Shown here one piece after another: positions 54,486 to 63,477 of a stretch of DNA of 64,000 nucleotides. Within the stretch, counting starts at the first letter, position 1; the number at the start of each line of letters is the position of its first letter. Below the pieces are notes generated by a model. That model was not told the DNA's origin and ran no database searches. It saw only the letters and a list, made by a program, of their open reading frames with translations. A program made the translations under genes and the position numbers. This DNA is from Rhodobacteraceae bacterium UBA6197 (GTDB lineage Bacteria; Pseudomonadota; Alphaproteobacteria; Rhodobacterales; Rhodobacteraceae): NCBI GenBank assembly GCA_002422085.1, contig DISZ01000006.1, positions 28,212 to 92,211 of the forward strand, in the 5' to 3' direction.

Positions 54486-55388
54486 TCAAGCGTCTGCTGA
54501 CCATGCCACGCCCGCCTCGCCGGTCAGGAAACCATCCGAAAGCCGAGCGCCGGGCGCCATGGCGGCGCTGAGCGCGGCCAACGCCGCCCCGTCCATCTGT
54601 CCCGCAAGCCGCGCAGCCCAAGCCCGGCAAAGCGCGCCAAAATCGCCGGTCTGCGGCGACAGGCGCAGCGCGTTCACACCGGCCTCTGCCAACGCCTCGA
54701 CCTGATGCGCCATGCTCGCTGTGCTGCCCGACAGGGTTTGCACCCCGTTTACCGCCAGAAACGGCTGGCCATCCAGAGTCTCGACCTCGCGGCCATCCGG
54801 GTCTTCGCCGCAGACGAACTGGCAGTTGTCCTTGGCGCGGTCATGCAGCCGCGCGTGGTAGCAGCGCCCGGCAATCGCCAAAGGCACCCGGCCGTGGCCC
54901 CAGACCTCGACCGCCACGCCCAGCCGTGCGCCTTCGGCCGCCAGCGTCGCGACCGACGCCAGCGGCAGTTCAGGCGGCAGGCAGACCCGCGTAGCGCCAC
55001 GCCCGGCAAGCCAGCGCAAGGTGCCTTCGTTATAGACGTTGATCAGCGGCCCCACCCAGAACGGCGTGCCCTGCGGGATATGGATCAGCGCCGACAGGTC
55101 GTTGACCTCGATGGGCAGGCCCATCCCGATCAGGTCGGCCGTCAGCTTGCGTTCTCGTTTCAGCGTAATCAGCGCCAGCGAGGTCAGCGCGACCTCTTTG
55201 CCTGCCGCCAGAAGCACCTCGATCGCGGCAGGAATTTCTTGCTGGAAATAGGGCAGACGTTTCGAACACACCAGTTCCCCCAGCACCACACGGGCAACCG
55301 GAGCCTCGGCAAGGGTGCGGTAAAAGGCGGCCCAGACGGGGGCTTCCCAGAAAAACTGGTTGGGGCCTACAGTCAGATCCATCGTCAT
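54486..55388 (-). CDS. ubiV: U32-family protein UbiV (O2-independent ubiquinone hydroxylation)
   Basis: LTVGPNQFFW.., GELVCSKR, and a Cys cluster (AIAGRCYHARLHDRAKDNCQFVC). It is collinear with E. coli YhbV as I remember it. Confidence 0.85.
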   Translation of the reverse strand: MTMDLTVGPNQFFWEAPVWAAFYRTLAEAPVARVVLGELVCSKRLPYFQQEIPAAIEVLLAAGKEVALTSLALITLKRERKLTADLIGMGLPIEVNDLSALIHIPQGTPFWVGPLINVYNEGTLRWLAGRGATRVCLPPELPLASVATLAAEGARLGVAVEVWGHGRVPLAIAGRCYHARLHDRAKDNCQFVCGEDPDGREVETLDGQPFLAVNGVQTLSGSTASMAHQVEALAEAGVNALRLSPQTGDFGALCRAWAARLAGQMDGAALAALSAAMAPGARLSDGFLTGEAGVAWSADA

Positions 55389-56371
55389 CTCCAGGTCTTG
55401 GCATAGGCGCCGGTGGTGGCGGCCTGGCCTTCAGATAGCCGCGCCAACATGCCTTCGGGCATCGGGCGGCCGGCAGCGACGGCCTCGACAGCCGCGCGGA
55501 AGTTGCGCACCACCTCGGCCACATAAGCCCGAGACCTCTGCCGGCCCTCGATCTTCAGCGCGGTGACCCCTGCACGCGCCAGCGCCGGGATCAGCTTCGA
55601 GGCATCCAGACTGACCGGATCTTCAAAGATGTGGCCGGTCTGGTCTTCGCTGGTAAAGCAGCCTTTGCACAGCGTCGGATAGGGGGCAGGTTGATCCTTC
55701 TTGGTGCGGTGGATGGTAAAGCCCCCCAGCCGCGCCGCCAGTTCGCTGCCTTCTTCGGCATAGACCACATGGCTTGCCGGCGAACAGACGCCGTTCATGT
55801 TGGGCGATTTCCCGGTCGCGTAGGACGACAGCGAACACCGCCCCTCGGCCATCACGCACAACCCGCCGAACACGAAGACCTCGGTTTCAACGTCGATCTC
55901 GCGATTGATCGCGGCGATCTCGGCCACCGTCAGCACCCGCGGCAACACGACCCGTTTTACCCCGAAGGCCTGCGCATAGAGGTTGATCGCATCGGGGTTG
56001 GCGGCGGCGGCCTGCACCGACAGATGGCGGCGCAATCCGGGGTGGTGCTCTGCGGCATGCGCCAAAAGACCGATGTCGGCCAGGATGACCGCATCAGCGC
56101 CGCTGGATTCGGCATTGGCCAGTGCGCGGTGCCACAGCGGTTCGGCGCCCGCGCGCGGGAAGGTATTGATTGCCACAAGCACCTTGGCGCCGCGGCCATG
56201 GGCAAAGGCAATGGACTCGGCCATTTCTTCTTGCGAGAAGTTCAGCCCCGGAAAGTTGCGTGCGTTGGTCTCATCAGCAAAGCCGCAATAGATCGTATGC
56301 GCCCCGGCTTCGACTGCCGCGCGCAGCGCCGAGGGCGTACCCGCCGGGCAAACCAGTTCCATCGCCATCAC
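55385..56371 (-). CDS. ubiU: U32-family protein UbiU
   Basis: MELVCPAGTPSALRAAVEAGAHTIYCGF..DETNARNFPGLNF.., FGGLCVMAEGRCSLSSY, PYPTLCKG and LKIEGRQRS. The similarity to E. coli YhbU runs along the whole length. Confidence 0.9.
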   Translation of the reverse strand: MMAMELVCPAGTPSALRAAVEAGAHTIYCGFADETNARNFPGLNFSQEEMAESIAFAHGRGAKVLVAINTFPRAGAEPLWHRALANAESSGADAVILADIGLLAHAAEHHPGLRRHLSVQAAAANPDAINLYAQAFGVKRVVLPRVLTVAEIAAINREIDVETEVFVFGGLCVMAEGRCSLSSYATGKSPNMNGVCSPASHVVYAEEGSELAARLGGFTIHRTKKDQPAPYPTLCKGCFTSEDQTGHIFEDPVSLDASKLIPALARAGVTALKIEGRQRSRAYVAEVVRNFRAAVEAVAAGRPMPEGMLARLSEGQAATTGAYAKTWR

Positions 56372-56934
56372 CAGCCCCCCTGAAGTGCATCGACACGGTG
56401 CAGCACAAGGCCGCTGCGGCGTTCCGCCAGCCCCAGCACCGCCTTGAGCGGCGCCTTCAGCGGCCCGGCAATGGCGGCCAGCTCTGCCACCAGATCCAAT
56501 TCGGCGTCGTCAATCGCATTGCGCAGCGCCAAGGCCGCGCCGGTATCACCCTCGACCACCAGATCGCGCGAAAAGAACAGCGCATCCCCATCGTAAGCGC
56601 CGTGCATCATCCCCAAAAAGGCCGATAACGGCCCGGCGATCCGGGTCTCGGCCACGGGCGCGCGGCGATGCGCGGTGATTTTGGGCACGCCGCCGCGCAG
56701 ATCCATCAGCAGAACCAAAGGCAGATCCGTCGGGTCCAGAACGAAGCGCTTTTCGCCATGTTCGCCGAGGCGGCGAAACATCCCCGGATGGTCCCGCGAC
56801 AGTTTGCGCGACAGCGCCGACAGCGCCAGACTGACCGGCATCAGCGGCAGCGGGCGAATCGCTCCGCCCATCAGGCGAGGCAGGCGGGGCAAGGTCTGAG
56901 AGGTGTCGGCAGACATGGCAGGCTCCAGAGTCAT
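56368..56934 (-). CDS. ubiT: SCP2-domain lipid-binding protein UbiT
   Basis: The SCP2-like region reads FVLDPTDLPLVLLMDLRGG...GDALFFSRDLVVEGDTGAALALRNAID. It is the first gene of the T-U-V arrangement. An alternative start is ATG 56916, preceded by a GGAG Shine-Dalgarno sequence. Confidence 0.8.
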   Translation of the reverse strand: MTLEPAMSADTSQTLPRLPRLMGGAIRPLPLMPVSLALSALSRKLSRDHPGMFRRLGEHGEKRFVLDPTDLPLVLLMDLRGGVPKITAHRRAPVAETRIAGPLSAFLGMMHGAYDGDALFFSRDLVVEGDTGAALALRNAIDDAELDLVAELAAIAGPLKAPLKAVLGLAERRSGLVLHRVDALQGGW

Positions 56935-56982
56935 GGAATCAGGTCAGCATGGTTGGTTTAACCGACATGGCTATGCGGCAAC

Positions 56983-56996
56983 TTGACCAATATCAA
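56983..56996. promoter_or_regulatory. candidate FNR/FnrL box
   Basis: ttgaccaatatcaa matches TTGAT-N4-ATCAA at 9 of 10 positions. It lies in the 87-nt divergent ubiT/ubiD intergenic region. Confidence 0.45.
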
Positions 56997-57021
56997 TCGG
57001 CCACAAGTGCAGGCCTGCTAG

Positions 57022-58560
57022 ATGGTCATTCTGGACACTCCGGAGACCATGATGCGCAGCCTGCCCGCCTTTTCGACGCTTCGCGCCTTTCTGAACTGGA
57101 CGGACGCGCGCGGCGAACTGCTGCGCATACCAGATCCAGTCAGCGTGGTGCACCAAATGACAGCGGTGCATGACGCGGTTTTGCGCAAATCCGGGCCGGT
57201 GCTTCAATTTGACGCACCCCGTCTGGCGAATGGAACGCGCAGTCCGATCCCGGTGGTGACCAACCTTTTTGGCACGCGCGAAAGGGTGGCGGCGGGCCTG
57301 GGCCTTACCCTGGAAGAAATCCCTGCCTTGGGCGAGTTTCTGGCGGCCCTGCGCACGCCCGCTCCGGTTGAAGGGATGCGCGATGCGCTGTCACGCTGGC
57401 CAATGCTGCGGGCCGCGCTTTCGACCCGCCCGCGCATCACCAAACGCGGCCCGGTGCAAGAGGTCGTCACCGAGGGGGACGCGGTCGATATGACCGCGCT
57501 GCCGGTGCAGACACCCTGGCCGGGGGATGCCGGGCCGTTGATTACCTGGCCGGTGGTCATTACCCGGCCGCACGGCAGTGCCGCTGATGCCGTGGCGCGC
57601 TACAATTGGGGCGTCTATCGCGCGCAGGTTCTGGGCCGCGACCGGCTGATCATGCGTTGGCTGGCGCACCGTGGCGGCGCGGCGCATGCCCGCACATGGG
57701 CACGAGAGAACGAACCGATGCCGGTGGCGATAGCGTTGGGTGCGGACCCGGCAACCTTGTTGGCCGCGGCCCTGCCGCTGCCCGAAACGGTGTCAGAGAT
57801 GACCTTTTCGGGTGTCTTGCGCGGCGCGCGCACGCATCTGGTGCCCGCACGGACAGTGCCGCTTTTGGTACCCGCCGAGGCCGAAATGGTGATCGAAGGC
57901 TGGATTCACCCGCGCGACACCGCCCCCGAGGGCCCGTTTGGCGACCACACCGGCTATTATAACGCCGTCGAGCCGTTTCCCGTGATGCGCGTCAGTGCCG
58001 TGACCCATCGACGCGACCCGATCTATCTGTCGACCTACACCGGCCGCCCACCCGACGAACCCTCGATCATCGGCGAGGTCTTCAACGAACTCGCCCTGCC
58101 CGTGATCCGCCAACAGATCCCCGAGGTGCGCGATCTTTGGTTGCCACCGGCGGGATGTTCCTACCGCATCGCCGTGGTCAGCATCGACAAACGCTATCCC
58201 GGACAAGCGCGTCGGGTTATGATGGCGCTATGGGGCATGCTTGCGCAGTTCAGCTACACCAAGATGGTGATCGTCGTGGATGATGATATCGACCCGCGAA
58301 ACTGGGACGATATCGCATGGGCGCTGGCCACGCGCATGGACCCTGCCCGGGATGTCATGGTGCTGGACCGCACGCCGATGGACTACCTCGACTTTGCCTC
58401 TCCGCTGGAAGGGCTGGCGGGCAAGCTGGGGTTGGACGCGACAACCAAGCTTGGCACGGAAACGACCCGCGATTGGGGGCAAGTGATGGCCTTGGCGCCG
58501 CAAGATCAGGACTTTGCCGCAGCGCTTCTGGCACGGCATCTGCCGGGGTTGGGACATTGA
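57022..58560 (+). CDS. ubiD: UbiD family decarboxylase (4-hydroxy-3-polyprenylbenzoate decarboxylase)
   Basis: About 500 aa, with PVVTNLFGTRERV.., YRAQVLG and GDHTGYY. A likelier start is ATG 57049 or 57052, which follow a GGAG Shine-Dalgarno sequence. Confidence 0.9.
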   Translation: MVILDTPETMMRSLPAFSTLRAFLNWTDARGELLRIPDPVSVVHQMTAVHDAVLRKSGPVLQFDAPRLANGTRSPIPVVTNLFGTRERVAAGLGLTLEEIPALGEFLAALRTPAPVEGMRDALSRWPMLRAALSTRPRITKRGPVQEVVTEGDAVDMTALPVQTPWPGDAGPLITWPVVITRPHGSAADAVARYNWGVYRAQVLGRDRLIMRWLAHRGGAAHARTWARENEPMPVAIALGADPATLLAAALPLPETVSEMTFSGVLRGARTHLVPARTVPLLVPAEAEMVIEGWIHPRDTAPEGPFGDHTGYYNAVEPFPVMRVSAVTHRRDPIYLSTYTGRPPDEPSIIGEVFNELALPVIRQQIPEVRDLWLPPAGCSYRIAVVSIDKRYPGQARRVMMALWGMLAQFSYTKMVIVVDDDIDPRNWDDIAWALATRMDPARDVMVLDRTPMDYLDFASPLEGLAGKLGLDATTKLGTETTRDWGQVMALAPQDQDFAAALLARHLPGLGH

Positions 58561-59120
58561 GCCCGCGCGTGGTGCTGGGGGTCGCCGGGGCGTCGGGGGC
58601 GGCATTGGCGCTGGCGGTGGCACAGACCTTGCACAATGCCGGGGCGCTGATTGATCTGGTGGTCTCGGGCGCCGCTGAACGCACGCTTTCGCATGAGGTG
58701 GGCCCCGACGCGCTGGCGCGGTTGCAAGGCATGGCTGACCGGGTGCATGGGCTGCGCGACGTGGGGGCGACCATTGCGTCAGGCTCGGCCCCGGTGGCGG
58801 GCATGATCGTGGCGCCCTGTTCGATGCGCAGCCTTGCGGCCATTGCCCATGGGCTGGACGACAACCTGCTGACCCGCAGTGCCGGCGTGCAGCTGAAAGA
58901 GCGCCGCCCGCTGGTGTTGCTCGCACGCGAGGCGCCGCTGACGCTGGCGCATCTGCGCAACATGACCGCCGTGACCGAGATGGGCGGCATCATCCTGCCG
59001 CCGGTGCCTGCTTTCTATCTCAATCCGGTATCGGTTGACGATGTGGTCATACAGGTCGCCGCGCGTGCGGTCGATCTGCTACGCCTTGGCGCGGCACAGG
59101 CACAGGCTTGGCAGGGCTGA
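58557..59120 (+). CDS. ubiX: flavin prenyltransferase UbiX
   Basis: VVLGVAGASGAALA.., MIVAPCSMRSLAAIAHG and ERRPLVLLAREAPL. A TTG start overlaps the ubiD stop; an alternative start is GTG 58569. Confidence 0.9.
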   Translation: MSPRVVLGVAGASGAALALAVAQTLHNAGALIDLVVSGAAERTLSHEVGPDALARLQGMADRVHGLRDVGATIASGSAPVAGMIVAPCSMRSLAAIAHGLDDNLLTRSAGVQLKERRPLVLLAREAPLTLAHLRNMTAVTEMGGIILPPVPAFYLNPVSVDDVVIQVAARAVDLLRLGAAQAQAWQG

Positions 59121-59191
59121 GACACCGCCGCGACATCACCCCGGCACGGCACGGGCGCAGCTTGGGCCTGAAAGGCACTTCGAGAGGGAAA

Positions 59192-59268
59192 TGGCGGACC
59201 CGGAGCGATTCGAACGCCCGACCCTCAGATTCGTAGTCTGATGCTCTATCCAGCTGAGCTACGGGTCC
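59192..59268 (-). tRNA. tRNA-Arg (anticodon ACG)
   Basis: The reverse strand reads GGACCCGTAGCTCAGCTGGATAGAGCATCAGACTACGAATCTGAGGGTCGGGCGTTCGAATCGCTCCGGGTCCGCCA. It folds with a 7-bp acceptor stem, a D arm, the anticodon loop CUACGAA and a TPsiC arm, and the CCA end is encoded. Confidence 0.95.
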
Positions 59269-59451
59269 TTGTGGAGCAGGCATTTAGCCCCCGCGCCGGG
59301 GCATTGCAAGGGCTAAAAACACTTTCTGGGGCGCGAGAGGGTGTGCGGACCAATTCGTCTCGAACAGGGTTTCCAGAATCTGATGCCTGGTGCAGCCATC
59401 GTTCGCGACCAGCATGCAGAGACTTTGGTCACGCTGGGCGCCGGGATCCCC

Positions 59452-59943
59452 CTAGGCCTTGGGCATGGCGATCACCGCCTCGGGGGTTTGTCCTGACAGA
59501 TCGGATAGCGTTTCGATTTTCGCGGCCCCCATCAACCCCGGAGCGGCGCGCATGTCAGAGGGAACGTTGCCGCCACCGATGCCCGGGACCAGTGCGATGC
59601 CCCGCGCAATCCCCCTCAGCGGTGATCGCAATCGCCACCGACCGCATGAGATCGGCCGCTTGAGATCGCAGGTGAAGGTGCACCAGGTGCAAACAAGATG
59701 CGCAACCCTGCCGGCGACTGTCGCCAGCCCGGCCCTGGCGTGGATCTGCGTCATCGCGCCGCGAATGAGATGACAGAAGATCTGCGTTTCGCTGACACCC
59801 ACCACCAGAAAGGCCGCAATCCCATGCGGCATCGCCCAAACGCGAAGTGCCTTGAAAAAGCCTCTGTTCCGTCGGTTTGGCGCAGAAGGAAAAACGCATC
59901 GGCTGCAAATTCGGCGCGCAGGGTTGCCATGCACCGGCTGCAA
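59452..59943 (-). pseudogene. frame-broken gene remnant(s) between tRNA-Arg and the sensor kinase
   Basis: Three minus-strand stretches have good codon bias but lie in different frames. They are FFKALRVWAMPHGIAAFLVVGVSETQIF, AADLMRSVAIAITAEG, and GIALVPGIGGGNVPSDMRAAPGLMGAAKIETLSDLSGQTPEAVIAMPKA*. No single intact ORF has uniform coding quality. Confidence 0.3.
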
Positions 59944-59949
59944 ACGCGG

Positions 59950-61359
59950 TCAATGTGCGCGGTCGAGCGACTCCAGCGCCAGTTCGCGCGGCAGGTGCAG
60001 CATGAATTCGGTGCCGTCGCTATCCGAGCGCACAAGGTCCAGCCGCCCGCCATGCCCCCGCACCAGTTCGGCCGAGATGGCCAAGCCGAGGCCGGTCCCA
60101 CCCTTGCGGGTGCCGCCCTGAAACGGCCGGAACAGATGTTCCTTGGCGCGCTCGGGCAGGCCCGGCCCGGTGTCGCCGACACGAATCCACCAGCCGGCCT
60201 CTTCCTCTCCGGCGCCAATTTCGATGGTGCCCGGGGCGCCGGTTGCCTCGATCGCCTGACGCGCATTGCGGGTCAGGTTGGACAGCACGCGGTAAAGCTG
60301 TTCCCGGTCGGCGCGGATCACCAGATTGGGGGCGATGTCGGTGACGAAATCGGTCTGCGCGGCATCGGCGGACAGGGCTTCGCTTTCCACGACTTCGGCA
60401 ACCAACCCGGCCAGCATGAAGCGCGACAGGCTGGGGGGCGGTTCTTCGGCGCGACCGAAGGTCAGCGTGGTTTCGCACAGATTGACCGCGCGCGAGATCG
60501 AATTGACCAGCTTTGGCGCGGCCCGTTTCACGGCGGGATCGTGGCTGCTTTCCATCCGGTCGGCAAAAAGCTGGGCAGTTGTCAGGATATTGCGCAAATC
60601 GTGACTGATCTTGGCAACCGCCTGCCCCAACTGCGCCAGCCGCTCCTTTTGCCGCAACGACGCGGTCAGCTGGGTCTGCATCAAGGCCAGCGCATCTTCG
60701 GCCACGCGCAGCTCTTGCACCCGCGCGGTCGGCGCGATGATCCGGCGGGCATCTTCGGGGGCCTCGGCATAGGCAACCATATGCGCCACCACGCGCTTGA
60801 TCGGCGTGACCAGAAGCCGCCGCACCGCCAGAAACAGCAATAGCGCCGTCATGACCGAGATCACCGCCGACAACGTCAGCAGCCTGAGCCCGTAGTCGAT
60901 CATCGACGCACGCATCGGCCGGGTTTCCATCGTGACCTCGATCACCAACCCGCCCTTCTGCACCGGGTCGCCAATGACCCGGATTACCCGATTCTCGGAA
61001 TCGGCCAACGCACGCAGCGCATCGCCAATGCGGCTGATCGCCGTGCTTTCGCGCAGATCGAAGGTTGCAAAGATCGGTTGCGGGATCGGCGACGACAACA
61101 CCAGCTGGCGCACCTCATCCCGGCGCATGACCACGTTGAACACCCCCGCGTTCGACAGCAGTTCGGCCTCCAGCTCGGGCGCGATCAGCGCATCGGTGGT
61201 CAGCAGGGCCAGCGAGGCGATCTGCGCCCGCTCCAACCGGGTCAACAGATAGTCCTCGCGAAAGTTGGCCAGTGATGGCAGCAGGATCAGCACTTCGGCC
61301 AGCATGACGAACAAGCTTGTCAGCAACAGGAATCGGCCGGAAAGTGTGTTCAACAACAT
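59950..61359 (-). CDS. sensor histidine kinase (two TM helices, HAMP-like linker, HisKA, HATPase_c)
   Basis: H-box ISHDLRNIL, N-box SNLTRNARQA, G-boxes DTGPGLP and GTGLGLAIS. No cognate response regulator lies adjacent. Confidence 0.9.
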   Translation of the reverse strand: MLLNTLSGRFLLLTSLFVMLAEVLILLPSLANFREDYLLTRLERAQIASLALLTTDALIAPELEAELLSNAGVFNVVMRRDEVRQLVLSSPIPQPIFATFDLRESTAISRIGDALRALADSENRVIRVIGDPVQKGGLVIEVTMETRPMRASMIDYGLRLLTLSAVISVMTALLLFLAVRRLLVTPIKRVVAHMVAYAEAPEDARRIIAPTARVQELRVAEDALALMQTQLTASLRQKERLAQLGQAVAKISHDLRNILTTAQLFADRMESSHDPAVKRAAPKLVNSISRAVNLCETTLTFGRAEEPPPSLSRFMLAGLVAEVVESEALSADAAQTDFVTDIAPNLVIRADREQLYRVLSNLTRNARQAIEATGAPGTIEIGAGEEEAGWWIRVGDTGPGLPERAKEHLFRPFQGGTRKGGTGLGLAISAELVRGHGGRLDLVRSDSDGTEFMLHLPRELALESLDRAH

Positions 61360-61590
61360 GCCCCTCCCATCTCAACCACCGGGGGCCTTCCGGGCGCCCG
61401 TGTCTGCCGCGTTTCTCAGGTTTACCAAACCCTTCGCTGGAAAAATAGGTATGCAATACCGGTTTCGAAAGCCCCCGGCGCAAAATGCGCGGGCGATTCG
61501 CCGTTGCCTCGACGCGCCGACAGCACCCCATGGCATGGCGCGAAACGACCATAGACCGGGAAATCAGGCCGAAAAATCGCCCCGGATGAA

Positions 61591-61619
61591 TTGACTTGCC
61601 GCCCAAGCCCGACTAAAGA
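61591..61619 (+). promoter_or_regulatory. candidate sigma70-type promoter of rpmH
   Basis: TTGACT (61591-61596), a 17-nt spacer, then TAAAGA (61614-61619), about 70 nt upstream of the rpmH ATG. This rests on a pattern match only. Confidence 0.3.
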
Positions 61620-61687
61620 CCGGGCTTCGAATGACAGCGGCGCACGAATCCGTAGGGTTTCGGGTGCCTGATACCGGAGAAGAAGCG

Positions 61688-61822
61688 ATGAAACGCACGT
61701 TCCAGCCGTCGAACCTCGTTCGCGCCCGCCGCCACGGGTTCCGCGCTCGTATGGCCACCAAAGGTGGTCGTCGTGTGTTGAACGCCCGCCGCGCCAAGGG
61801 CCGCTCGAAGCTTTCGGCGTAA
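61688..61822 (+). CDS. rpmH: 50S ribosomal protein L34
   Basis: [44 protein letters not shown] (44 aa). Confidence 0.95.
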   Translation: MKRTFQPSNLVRARRHGFRARMATKGGRRVLNARRAKGRSKLSA

Positions 61823-61839
61823 GCCAGAAGGCACACGGC

Positions 61840-62331
61840 ATGACACCGCCGGAGGCTCCCGCGACTGGTCCATTGGGCCAAGACCCGGGAAGCGCACCGG
61901 CGGTTTCCGTTTGTCCGCAAGATGCCGAAGCACTCATCGAAGTGATCCGCAAGCGCGCCGATTTTCTGCGTGCGGCGCAGGCCCGGCGGCAAGGCACGCC
62001 GGGCTTTTTGCTGCAAGCCCGCCAGCGCCATGAGGGTGAACCCGCTCTGGCCGCGTCGGTGCGCGTCGGCTTCACCTGTTCCAAAAAGGTTGGCAATGCG
62101 GTCGCGCGCAATCGCGCCAAGCGGCGCCTGCGGGCGCTGGCACAACAGGTCTTGCCCAAGGCCGCGCGGCCCGGTTGGGATTATGTTCTGGTCGGCCGCG
62201 CACAGGCGACGGCTGACCGCGACTTTGCGCAGATGCTGGCCGATCTGACCCGCGCCCTTGGGCAGGTCCACCATGCCCCTTCCCGTAGCGGCGCACAGAG
62301 TCACCCTGCCCCCCCAAAGGCCCCGAAATGA
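61840..62331 (+). CDS. rnpA: ribonuclease P protein component
   Basis: It follows rpmH and contains [21 protein letters not shown] (the RNR motif). The true start may be internal. Confidence 0.85.
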   Translation: MTPPEAPATGPLGQDPGSAPAVSVCPQDAEALIEVIRKRADFLRAAQARRQGTPGFLLQARQRHEGEPALAASVRVGFTCSKKVGNAVARNRAKRRLRALAQQVLPKAARPGWDYVLVGRAQATADRDFAQMLADLTRALGQVHHAPSRSGAQSHPAPPKAPK

Positions 62332-62573
62332 CCCCACTCGCCCATATGCTTGCACTGCCGGTGCGCGCCTACCGTCTGGTGCTTAGCCCATGGGTCGGGC
62401 ACGGCTGCCGCTATCAGCCGACCTGTAGCGCCTATGCGCTGGAGGCGCTGGAAAAGCACGGCGCGGTAAAGGGCGGCTATTTGGCCGCGCATCGGATCTG
62501 TCGATGCCACCCGTGGGGTGGCCATGGCTACGACCCGGTGCCCCCCGCCAAAGGAGAGCATGATGCTGGATGA
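62328..62573 (+). CDS. yidD: membrane protein insertion efficiency factor YidD
   Basis: [50 protein letters not shown]. Confidence 0.9.
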   Translation: MTPLAHMLALPVRAYRLVLSPWVGHGCRYQPTCSAYALEALEKHGAVKGGYLAAHRICRCHPWGGHGYDPVPPAKGEHDAG

Positions 62574-63435
62574 CGCCGACGACATTCACCCTCTGTTTCA
62601 AGGCGCGCCTTCGTCGACCGAGTTCAAGAAACTGCGCAAACGTATCGTTCGCGAGGTCCGCGACGCGATCGAAACCTACGGCATGATCGAACGCGGCACG
62701 CGCTGGTTGGTCTGTCTGTCGGGCGGCAAGGACAGCTACACGCTGTTGGCGATCTTGCATGAATTGCAATGGCGCGGGCTTTTGCCGGTGGATCTGCTGG
62801 CGTGCAACCTCGATCAGGGCCAGCCGGGTTTTCCAGCCACCGTATTGCCGGAATTTCTGCAAAAAATGGGCGTCGCGCACCGGATCGAGTACAAAGACAC
62901 CTATTCCGTGGTCGTCGACAAGATCCCGCAGGGCCGGACCTATTGCAGCCTGTGTTCGCGACTACGCCGCGGCAACCTCTATCGCATTGCCCGCGAAGAG
63001 GGCTGTTCGGCGGTCGTTCTGGGGCATCATCGCGACGACATCCTCGAGACGTTCTTCATGAACCTTTTTCACGGCGGGCGTCTGGCCACGATGCCACCAA
63101 AGCTGGTGAACGAGGATGGCGATCTGTTCGTCTATCGACCGCTGGCCTTCGTCGCCGAGGCGGATTGCGAAAAGTTCGCCCGCGCGATGAATTACCCGAT
63201 CATCCCCTGCGATTTGTGCGGCAGTCAGGACGGGTTGCAGCGCCAGCAGGTCAAGCAGATCCTTGATGGCTGGGAGGCACGAAACCCTGGCCGCCGTCAG
63301 GTGATGTTCCGGGCGCTGCTGAACACGCGGCCCTCGCATCTGCTGGACCCGGCATTGTTTGATTTTGCCGGATTGATGCGCAACGCTTCAAAGACTCCAC
63401 CGGATTTGAACAAAATACCCCCGAAATTGCGCTGA
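62560..63435 (+). CDS. ttcA: tRNA 2-thiocytidine(32) synthetase
   Basis: PP-loop [11 protein letters not shown], plus [10 protein letters not shown] and CDLCGSQ Cys motifs. ATG 62560 follows an AAGGAGAG Shine-Dalgarno sequence and overlaps yidD by 14 nt. Confidence 0.9.
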   Translation: MMLDDADDIHPLFQGAPSSTEFKKLRKRIVREVRDAIETYGMIERGTRWLVCLSGGKDSYTLLAILHELQWRGLLPVDLLACNLDQGQPGFPATVLPEFLQKMGVAHRIEYKDTYSVVVDKIPQGRTYCSLCSRLRRGNLYRIAREEGCSAVVLGHHRDDILETFFMNLFHGGRLATMPPKLVNEDGDLFVYRPLAFVAEADCEKFARAMNYPIIPCDLCGSQDGLQRQQVKQILDGWEARNPGRRQVMFRALLNTRPSHLLDPALFDFAGLMRNASKTPPDLNKIPPKLR

Positions 63436-63477
63436 CGGAATTAACCGCTCACTGATGATTGCACCCTAGTTTTCCCT

